Origin: Anaerolineales bacterium
GTDB lineage: Bacteria; Chloroflexota; Anaerolineae; Anaerolineales; E44-bin32
Direction: 5' to 3'
Length of the DNA stretch: 64,000 nt
Assembly: GCA_034430615.1 (NCBI GenBank)
Contig: DAOUEJ010000017.1
Location: 11,079-75,078, forward strand
This document shows, piece after piece, positions 56,927 to 64,000 of the stretch. Below the pieces are notes generated by a model that was given only the letters and a program-made list of their open reading frames with translations, ran no database searches and had not been told where the DNA came from. The position numbers and the translations under genes are program-made. The stretch's first letter is position 1; each line of letters begins with the position of its first letter.

Positions 56927-57829
56927 TCATGCAGCCAGAAGGTGCAGGGTAGCGCCCAAGAATAAGCCTGAAACAACGATCGATGTTACCCACAGGGCAT
57001 AAGCGAGAGGACGGTTCGCCTGCGACCGGTAAAGCCACAACCCGAAAAGCAGATTTACTGCCCAACAGAACCCGCTGATCAGCGGCATTAAGAGTAAGCG
57101 TCCGGGAGGCGCGTAGGTTTGAGGGAATCCTTCCGCATCAAACCCGAATGGCACCTCGAACGGCAGGTCGGGCACACGCACGGCCAGATACCCAAGCAGG
57201 ATCAAAGGCAGGATGATCCCGAGTGCGAGCAGGACAAGCCCGGATCTGTCCGAAAGTAGGCGTGTGAGGGCGAAGCGCGGCCTTTGTGACACGGCCTCAA
57301 TCGACTGCAGCGAACCGAGCAAGGATGCCTCCCGGTAGGCTTCCTGAAATCCCTGCGGATCGGCCGGGGAAATGACCAGCGCCCGACCCTGTGTTTCCAT
57401 CAACAACCGTGCTGAGCGGCCAGCAGCGATGTAGAAATCGATGATACCGTAGCGTGCGTTTGGGATCGAACTGGTCGCTGTTGCCGGCCAGCGGGGCCAG
57501 CCACCCGGCCTGATCGTCTCGTCACCCGCCGCGATGGTTTGCAAAGAAATGATGTCCTTGATCGGGATCTGCTCATAGGCCCAACCCCAACGCAGGTGGA
57601 ATCCGTCACGGTCGATGACGTAGCGGGCTGACAGCAGACCGATCAAGTTGTAAACCAGCATGAAGATCAACGGAACGCCGAGGAGTGGCAGCAGGACCCA
57701 CACGACAGTCCACATGGAAAGAGGAGCGCTGGAAACCTGGAGCACCGCGAAAACCACGGTTGGCAGCAGGACAAAGATGGTGATGATGTTGAGTATGAGA
57801 CCCGCTCTACGTGAGGGTCGGAATTCCAT
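56927..57829 (-). CDS. Membrane protein with bacterial PH-like domain and DUF1648-like C-terminal module
   Basis: Y.IDRDG..LRWG....IPI..I, VISP.DP..F; LP..VP..F...G.P..Y.P...LL.P. Confidence 0.68.
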   Translation of the reverse strand: MEFRPSRRAGLILNIITIFVLLPTVVFAVLQVSSAPLSMWTVVWVLLPLLGVPLIFMLVYNLIGLLSARYVIDRDGFHLRWGWAYEQIPIKDIISLQTIAAGDETIRPGGWPRWPATATSSIPNARYGIIDFYIAAGRSARLLMETQGRALVISPADPQGFQEAYREASLLGSLQSIEAVSQRPRFALTRLLSDRSGLVLLALGIILPLILLGYLAVRVPDLPFEVPFGFDAEGFPQTYAPPGRLLLMPLISGFCWAVNLLFGLWLYRSQANRPLAYALWVTSIVVSGLFLGATLHLLAA

Positions 57830-57906
57830 GGCAATCCGGTCCGGTGGGGACTACCGCTGGACGCGCGCGACAACGGCGGAGTGGTTTGGAAAGCTGGGAG
57901 CTTGCG

Positions 57907-58854
57907 CTACTTGACGCTGACAGCTGGTTCGATGGCATAAACGGGCTCGACCCAGTCCAGCCGGTGCTGAACCCGGCCCCGCACTACATTGTCAAACAGC
58001 ACACGCAGCTCGGCAGTCACCGGCCCCATCTCGCCGGTTCCAATCGGTCGATGATCAACCCAGGTGACGGCCGTCACCTGTGCTGCGGTACCTGTCATGA
58101 ACGCCTCTTCACACAGGAAGACCTCGGTTTTATCGATCGAGCGCTCGAGGACCTGCAGTCCGAGTTCCTGCTCGGCCATGGTCATAATCGCGCGGCGGGT
58201 GATCCCTTCCAGGATATTATCCGTGACCGGGGGCGTGACCAGGATGCCATCGCGCAGCATGAAGAAGTTCATGGCGCTTCCTTCGGAAACATGGCCGTCG
58301 TTGGTGAGCACCAGGGCTTCATCAAATCCAGCCCGCACGGCATCGGTCTTGATGAACGCGGAATTAACATAGGCTCCAGTGAGCTTGCCACGCGCCGGGA
58401 TGGCATTATCATCAATCCGCCGCCAGGATGAGAACGTCACATGCGCGCCTTCATCCTTCTCGATGTAGCGCGAGAACGGTATGGCGAAGATCGTCAGCTC
58501 ATCCTGCAGTCCATGCAGCTTGACCCCAATGACTTCGTCCGCTTTATAGATCAGCGGCCGGATGTAGATGTCCTCCCGATAGCCTTCTGCCCGAACAAGG
58601 TCGATCGTGATGCGGAGCAGATCACTCTCGTCGTAATCAACCTCGGCCGTCATCAACTTGGCCGAGTTCAATAGGCGCTTGAAATGATCATGGGGGCGAA
58701 AAATGAAAAGTTGATCCTGCGTGTTATTCCAGTAACCCCGCAATCCACCAAAGGCACCGGTGCCATAATTGAGGGCATGCGTCATGACGCCAACTTTTGC
58801 TTCGCTGTAGGGGACGATTTCGCCTTGGAAGTAAGCAAACTTGGGGAGCGTCAC
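57907..58854 (-). CDS. ilvE: Branched-chain amino acid aminotransferase
   Basis: HALNYGTGAFGG.R, YIRP, GKLTG.Y.N, EG...N.F, LEGITR, GTAA. Confidence 0.92.
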   Translation of the reverse strand: MTLPKFAYFQGEIVPYSEAKVGVMTHALNYGTGAFGGLRGYWNNTQDQLFIFRPHDHFKRLLNSAKLMTAEVDYDESDLLRITIDLVRAEGYREDIYIRPLIYKADEVIGVKLHGLQDELTIFAIPFSRYIEKDEGAHVTFSSWRRIDDNAIPARGKLTGAYVNSAFIKTDAVRAGFDEALVLTNDGHVSEGSAMNFFMLRDGILVTPPVTDNILEGITRRAIMTMAEQELGLQVLERSIDKTEVFLCEEAFMTGTAAQVTAVTWVDHRPIGTGEMGPVTAELRVLFDNVVRGRVQHRLDWVEPVYAIEPAVSVK

Positions 58855-58927
58855 TGCTGTCTACCTCCTGAATTTCCAGTCAACCTGGTTGTTCACGGTT
58901 TCATCCTGAGTTCATCCCGCCAATAAT

Positions 58928-58957
58928 ATTATAGATCGGGTGAGAATTGGGCTTCAA
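58928..58957 (-). promoter_or_regulatory. Sigma70-type promoter for ilvE
   Basis: TTGAAG-18 bp-TATAAT. Confidence 0.55.
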
Positions 58958-59029
58958 GGTGACCTCCGGACGATTGCCCGATGCTCGCGCAAATTTGCAC
59001 CAGGCATCCTCAGCGAGTCTACCATAGCA

Positions 59030-59067
59030 GAAAAAGCAAAACGCCCGGCAAAAGAACTGCCGGGCGT
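59030..59067 (-). terminator. Rho-independent terminator of dnaK
   Basis: ACGCCCGGCA-7 nt-TGCCGGGCGT followed by TTTGCTTTTT on the minus strand. Confidence 0.85.
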
Positions 59068-59096
59068 CGCAAATATATCCAGATCAACAGCCGGGG

Positions 59097-60980
59097 TTAG
59101 GCCTCACGGAACTCGCCTTCCACGACGTCGCCCTCTTCTTCTGGGCTGCCTTTGCTTTCAGGTTCCGCCTCTGGTGGCGTTTGTGCATAGAGTTGCTGGC
59201 TGAGCGCATAGCTGGCCTGCTGCACTTCATCCGTCAGGCGCTTGATTTCAGCAAGATCATCTGATTCCAGCGCCTTGCGTAGATCCGCTATCTTGCTTTC
59301 AATCTGCGATCGGTCAGAGGCGGGCACCTTGTCAGCCAGCTCGCGCAGGGTTTTCTCGGCCTGGTAAGCCAGGCTGTCGCCGGTATTGCGCGCCTCTGCC
59401 AGCTCCCGCCGGTGCTGATCGTCTGTGCTGTGGCTCTTGGCTTCCTGGACCATCCGCTCCACGTCGGACTTGTCGAGGTTGGTGGAGGCGGTAATCGTCA
59501 CCTTCTGCTCACGTCCAGTTGCCTGATCCCGTGCGGCCACATTCAGGATGCCATTAGCATCGATATCGAAAGTAACCGCAACCTGTGGAATGCCGCGCGG
59601 CGCGGGAGGAATGCCCTCCAGCCGGAAGCGCCCGAGGGTCATGTTGTCGGCAGCCATCGGCCGTTCACCCTGCAGGACATGAATATCAACCGCGGTCTGG
59701 CTGTCTTCCGCTGTAGAAAAGGTCTCACTCTTCTCGATCGGGATTGTCGTATTGCGCTCGATCAAGATCGTCATCACCCCGCCCAGAGTCTCAACTCCGA
59801 GCGAGAGGGGTGTGACATCGAGCAGAAGGACATCCTTGACCTCTCCCGCGAGCACACCACCCTGGATCGCCGCACCAACGGCCACTACCTCATCAGGATT
59901 GACGCCCTTGTGCGGTTCCTTGCCTGTCAACTCTCGCACCAGATCCTGGACCATCGGCATACGCGTTGCACCACCCACCAGGACGACCTCGTCCATTTGG
60001 GAGGCGCTCATCTTGCCATCCTTGAGGACGGCTTCAAATGGCTTGCGGACCCGTTCAAGCAAGTCCTCTGTAAGCTGCTCGAACTTAGAGCGCGTCAGCT
60101 TCATCTGTAAGTGCTTCGGGCCAGCCGCATCGGCTGTGATGAAGGGCAGGTTAATATCCGTTTCGGTCACAGTGGAGAGCTCGATCTTGGCCTTTTCCGC
60201 CGCTTCCCGCAGGCGCTGCACTGCCTGGCGGTCCGCTCGCAGATCGATACCCTGTTCCTTCTTGAATTCATCGGCGATCCAGCTCAGGATACGTTGATCC
60301 CAGTCATCACCACCAAGATGCGTGTCGCCGTTGGTCGCCTTGACCTCGACCACGCCCTCGCCAACCTCTAGCAGACTCACATCGAAGGTTCCGCCGCCCA
60401 GGTCGAAGACCAGGATCGTCTCATTCTCTTTCTTATCCAGCCCATAGGCCAGGGCTGCTGCGGTGGGCTCATTGATGATGCGCATAACTTCCAGCCCGGC
60501 GATTTTTCCGGCGTCCTTCGTGGCCTGGCGCTGCGAGTCATTGAAGTACGCCGGGACGGTGATGACAGCCTTGGTGATGGGACCCCCCAGGTATGATTCG
60601 GCATCGAGCTTGAGTTTGGCAAGCACCATGGCTGAGATTTCCTGCGGGGCATATTCCTTACCCGTCGCCGGCACCTTCACGCGCACATCACCGCTCGGGC
60701 CTTTTACCGTTTCATAGGAAACCATCTCGCGCTCGGTCTCAACCTCGTCAAAGTGGCGGCCAATGAAACGCTTAATGGAATAGATCGTATTCTCTGAGTT
60801 GACCACAGCCTGGCGCTTCGCAGTCTGGCCAACCATGCGTTCGCCGTTCTTGGAAAAGGCAACGACCGAAGGACATAGGCGGCCGCCTTCGGCTGTTGGG
60901 ATGACGGTTGCATCCCCGCCTTCCATCACGGCTACCACGCTGTTCGTCGTGCCCAGGTCAATACCAATAATCTTCGTCAT
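59097..60980 (-). CDS. dnaK: Chaperone DnaK (Hsp70)
   Basis: [51 protein letters not shown]. Confidence 0.97.
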   Translation of the reverse strand: MTKIIGIDLGTTNSVVAVMEGGDATVIPTAEGGRLCPSVVAFSKNGERMVGQTAKRQAVVNSENTIYSIKRFIGRHFDEVETEREMVSYETVKGPSGDVRVKVPATGKEYAPQEISAMVLAKLKLDAESYLGGPITKAVITVPAYFNDSQRQATKDAGKIAGLEVMRIINEPTAAALAYGLDKKENETILVFDLGGGTFDVSLLEVGEGVVEVKATNGDTHLGGDDWDQRILSWIADEFKKEQGIDLRADRQAVQRLREAAEKAKIELSTVTETDINLPFITADAAGPKHLQMKLTRSKFEQLTEDLLERVRKPFEAVLKDGKMSASQMDEVVLVGGATRMPMVQDLVRELTGKEPHKGVNPDEVVAVGAAIQGGVLAGEVKDVLLLDVTPLSLGVETLGGVMTILIERNTTIPIEKSETFSTAEDSQTAVDIHVLQGERPMAADNMTLGRFRLEGIPPAPRGIPQVAVTFDIDANGILNVAARDQATGREQKVTITASTNLDKSDVERMVQEAKSHSTDDQHRRELAEARNTGDSLAYQAEKTLRELADKVPASDRSQIESKIADLRKALESDDLAEIKRLTDEVQQASYALSQQLYAQTPPEAEPESKGSPEEEGDVVEGEFREA

Positions 60981-61281
60981 GAATCGTCACCTCGTTTTCT
61001 CGATTAGGTTACGCTCTCTATCATAGCCGTTCCGCGCTAGAGGAGTGTTAACAACCTATCGGAGGAGTCTAATCGATTCCAGCAAGATGCCGTACACCTC
61101 CCCGGGTCAGCCAGAAGGAAGGTAAGAGCTTCTTCCCTGGTCTCGTCCAAAGCTACGAACCAGTCAGGCCCCCCGGGCTCCTGTGGCGAGGGTGATATGA
61201 TCAGCTTGATTTCTTGATTGCTGTCGTTTTCCCACAGCACATCCGACGAGAGTCTGCATATGGAAAGGTTGAGGTTGCGCA

Positions 61282-61797
61282 ATGACCATACTAAAGACAT
61301 TTCGACAACAAAAGGATGAATTCTTCCTCCATGACCACCATAGCCCCTTAACGCCTGAACAGAAGCGGGGCTTTCAAGGCCTGAAATACTTCGAGGAAAA
61401 CCCGGACTTGCGCATCGAGATTGAGATAGAGCGCTTTACGGAGGGTGAACAAGTCCAGATCCAGACCACTACCGGTGATCTCCAGACTTATGAACGCTAC
61501 GGACGCTTCGAATTCGAGGTTGGTGGAAACCGGGCAGCCCTGACCGTTTACCGCAACGAGCACGGCTTCTTTCTGCCCTTCGCCGATGCCTTGGCGGGTG
61601 ACGAGACCTATGGCGCCGGTCGCTATCTCGAGCCCGAGCCGGTCGGTGAGAACCGCTTGCTCGTTGACTTCAACCTGGCCTACAACCCCTACTGTGCCTA
61701 CAACCCCAATTGGTCATGCCCGATCACGCCGGCGGAGAACAGGCTCAAGGTTCCGATCCGCGCTGGGGAGAAGGTTTTCGACGACCACGAAGCCTGA
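61282..61797 (+). CDS. DUF1684-domain protein
   Basis: F.GL.YF, F.LPF.D...G.ETYGAGRYL, DFN.AYNPYCAYN..WSCP..P.EN.L.V.I.AGEK. Confidence 0.88.
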   Translation: MTILKTFRQQKDEFFLHDHHSPLTPEQKRGFQGLKYFEENPDLRIEIEIERFTEGEQVQIQTTTGDLQTYERYGRFEFEVGGNRAALTVYRNEHGFFLPFADALAGDETYGAGRYLEPEPVGENRLLVDFNLAYNPYCAYNPNWSCPITPAENRLKVPIRAGEKVFDDHEA

Positions 61798-61803
61798 GAG
61801 ATC

Positions 61804-62910
61804 TCAGGGGTGATGGGATGATCGATCTACGCGCTGCCGGTAGCGCAGGATCCCGATCAACGCCAGGAATTGCAGCGCCGCGGTAACGATGGTCGAGAAC
61901 TGCTCAAAGTAGAAGACGAGCAGGTTCACGCCGGCCAGCGAGAGCAGCAGTCCGATCAATCCGAGCGTGATCCCGACCCGCTCGCGCCCCACGAGCAGTG
62001 CCAGCGCAGCTAGAACCAAAAGCAATCCCACCGATCCTTCCAGCGTCACCCGCAGGGTGAACCAGAACATCCCGGCTGCGCTTGAGACCCGGCCGATTTC
62101 AAGCAGGCTGGCGATCATGCTCTCCAAACGTCCTGGATCTCCCAGTCCCAGCAGAAGATCGAGCAGATCGACAAGCGCGAAGCTCCCCATCGCCGCCAGC
62201 CCTCCGATCAAGCCTGCCTTGACACGCGGCAAGGTAAGCCAGCGCGCCTCGAAGCGCTGTAGAGATGCAAGTGCCCGCTCCCCAAATTCCACTCGCGCCG
62301 GTGCAATTTGCAGCTCGTCGGATCTCAGAAAATCCAACAAACTCCTTGCCAGGTTCGCATAGTTAGAGGATTCGGCCGTCTCGGAAATGCGCGCCAGGCG
62401 CGATTCAAGTTCAGCGCGCTCATCCGGCTCTAGGTCGTAATCAAGCACCTCGCTCAGGCCCGCCAATGCGAGGTACATTTCATCCCGAGCGCTGAAGACG
62501 GGCGGGCGACGAACCCTGAGATAAACAAGGACCGTGATCAGAAAAAGAGCGTAGATAATCGGAACTGCGATTGGGTGGAAGTAGTTGTTGCTCTGTGTGA
62601 TGAACTTGCCGACTTCATCGATGAACAACCCCACTCCGGTTCCTGCCAGGACGGAAGAGAGAATGAAGACCCAGCGGTTAGCCAACACCAGGAGCAGCAT
62701 TGCGGCCGAGAAGAGCAGCAGCCCACCCCAGAGCACATGTGCGATATGCAGTTCACCTGAGCCCAACTGCGGATAGCCGGTCAGCTCCAGGAAGAGCCGC
62801 GTCAGCCCGACCGAAGCAGCGAAGCTGAGCAGAGTCACCAGGACGAAGGTCTCGGCTCGATAGCGGCGGACAGGCTTGCGGACGCGTCCGATGATCGGGT
62901 TCAGTGCCAT
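61804..62910 (-). CDS. Hypothetical integral membrane protein
   Basis: HIAHVLWGG...G.G.GLFIDE.GKF; multiple TMs; 368 aa. Confidence 0.75.
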   Translation of the reverse strand: MALNPIIGRVRKPVRRYRAETFVLVTLLSFAASVGLTRLFLELTGYPQLGSGELHIAHVLWGGLLLFSAAMLLLVLANRWVFILSSVLAGTGVGLFIDEVGKFITQSNNYFHPIAVPIIYALFLITVLVYLRVRRPPVFSARDEMYLALAGLSEVLDYDLEPDERAELESRLARISETAESSNYANLARSLLDFLRSDELQIAPARVEFGERALASLQRFEARWLTLPRVKAGLIGGLAAMGSFALVDLLDLLLGLGDPGRLESMIASLLEIGRVSSAAGMFWFTLRVTLEGSVGLLLVLAALALLVGRERVGITLGLIGLLLSLAGVNLLVFYFEQFSTIVTAALQFLALIGILRYRQRVDRSSHHP

Positions 62911-62921
62911 CCTAACCCCCC

Positions 62922-64000
62922 TCAGCCAACCGCACGCTCAGGCTCGGGCACAAACAGCGCCAGGCCGATGGCCGCAATGAGCGCCATCACGGCGCCGAAG
63001 AAAAAGGGCGCCGCAGGGCCCCAGCCTTCCCATCTACCAATCCCCTGCCACAGCAGCCCGGCGATCAGGCTCGCAGGCAGCAAACTGACCCCGACCGCCA
63101 TATGCATTGCCCCGTAGGCTGAGCCTCTGATGGTGGCTGGGACCAGGTCAGCGATATAAGCCCGGACCGCACCCTCCGTCAGACCATAGTACATGCCGTA
63201 AACGGCCATTAAGGCCCAGGCCTGCCATGTGCGCTCGGCACGTGCAAAACCCAGGTACACCAGGGCGTACAGCCCCCAGCCGGCAAACAGCACTTTGCGC
63301 CTGCCGATCCGATCGGATAGCACACCGGCCGGGGTGGAAAGCAGGGCGTAGACGAGGTTGAAGAACATCATCATCCCCAGCACGCCCGTAACCGTAAGCC
63401 CTAGTGTCTGTGCCCGCAGGATTAAGAACGCGTCGGAGGAATTCCCTAGCGTGAAGAGCACCAGCACGACGATGAAGTTGCGCAGCCCGCGCTGCTGGCC
63501 CAAATGCCTCGAACCCCGCTCTTCCGCTGTCGTCCTGATGACTGACTTAGACCCGGGTTCTCCACGCCTTGCAGGCGCCTCGCGCACACCAAGGATCAGA
63601 ACGAAAACAGCCAGCACGCTCGGTATGATGCTGAGCAGGACCACCCGTTGAAAAGTGGTGCGTTCCAGGTTACCCCCCTGCTGGGAGAGGCGAACGATGA
63701 TCAGCGCTGCCAGCAAACCCAGGACCGCCCCGGCAGTGTCGCCGGCGCGATGCAGGCCGAACGCCCGGCCGCGGTTCCCGCTGTCAACGCTGTCGGCGAC
63801 CAACGCATCGCGGGGAGCCGTCCGCAGCCCCTTTCCCAACCGGTCGCTGAAACGCACCGCCAGCACGCCTGGCCAGCTTGTTGCCAGGTATAGAAATGGC
63901 TTGGCGAGCGTTGAGAGGGCATACCCTGCCACGACCAACGGCTTTCGTCGTGCGCTCCGGTCGGAGAGCCACCCCGATGCCAGCTTGAGCAGGCTGGCTA
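62922..64000 (-). CDS. MFS transporter (5' end outside the window)
   Basis: DR.GKG.R.APRDAL, FG.HRA.DT.GA, NSSDAFL.LRA, SDRIGRR. Confidence 0.88.
   Translation of the reverse strand, partial: ASLLKLASGWLSDRSARRKPLVVAGYALSTLAKPFLYLATSWPGVLAVRFSDRLGKGLRTAPRDALVADSVDSGNRGRAFGLHRAGDTAGAVLGLLAALIIVRLSQQGGNLERTTFQRVVLLSIIPSVLAVFVLILGVREAPARRGEPGSKSVIRTTAEERGSRHLGQQRGLRNFIVVLVLFTLGNSSDAFLILRAQTLGLTVTGVLGMMMFFNLVYALLSTPAGVLSDRIGRRKVLFAGWGLYALVYLGFARAERTWQAWALMAVYGMYYGLTEGAVRAYIADLVPATIRGSAYGAMHMAVGVSLLPASLIAGLLWQGIGRWEGWGPAAPFFFGAVMALIAAIGLALFVPEPERAVG

Noticed and set aside
56845-57000. oriC call for the DnaA-box cluster
   Set aside because: No dnaA or dnaN nearby, no AT-rich unwinding element, and only 82 bp of intergenic space.
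61025-61051. CIRCE element upstream of dnaK
   Set aside because: Only one arm (TTAACACTC) matches; the position 9 bp away reads GGAACGGCT, not GAGTGCTAA.
61104-61122. SRP (4.5S) RNA-like GGTCAG...GAAGGAAG motif
   Set aside because: Lacks the CAGG/GGAA/AGCAG helix-8 pairing and enclosing stem.
61037-61300. 87-aa minus-strand ORF upstream of dnaK
   Set aside because: No SD or recognisable motif, overlaps the DUF1684 start and the dnaK upstream region; probably spurious.
1-64000. CRISPR arrays, tRNA/rRNA genes, IS or prophage genes
   Set aside because: No regularly spaced repeats, cloverleaf or T-loop signatures, transposase, integrase or phage motifs were seen by eye; a tRNAscan/Infernal run would be needed to exclude them fully.

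Overview
Chromosomal, about 60% GC, mostly housekeeping region, most likely from a Chloroflexota (Anaerolineae-like) bacterium. The taxonomy is an inference from a T-box leader, a DnaK carrying the extra N-terminal-domain segment absent from Firmicutes/Actinobacteria, and the gene repertoire. I found about 58 genes or pseudogenes: a ManNAcA-type surface-polysaccharide operon (wecC-wecB-acetyltransferase-three GT4s), serS with a serine-specific T-box, PFOR (nifJ), a wHTH/ABC exporter operon with a visible operator, a GAF/PAS histidine kinase, sbcCD, a Dpp/Opp peptide ABC transporter, glgC, ilvE and dnaK. I saw no rRNA, tRNA, CRISPR array, transposase, integrase or phage genes. Best candidate for an undescribed system: a three-gene operon (16680-19764) encoding a Bacteroides-type serine palmitoyltransferase-like enzyme, an extended SDR reductase and a tandem hot-dog acyl thioesterase. 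This is a candidate sphingoid-base or amino-lipid pathway with no ceramide synthase in the window. Other signals the ORF track does not explain: a synonymously diverged duplicate of a GT2 gene's 3' end bracketing a decayed mannosyltransferase (43.3-44.9 kb), a phased DnaA-box cluster (56.85-57.0 kb), four REP-like palindromes around an orphan lipoprotein gene, a 23-codon uORF with a perfect SD coupled to the peptide-binding protein gene, and two divergent genes sharing one CATG. Family calls come from motif recognition only; no database search was run.
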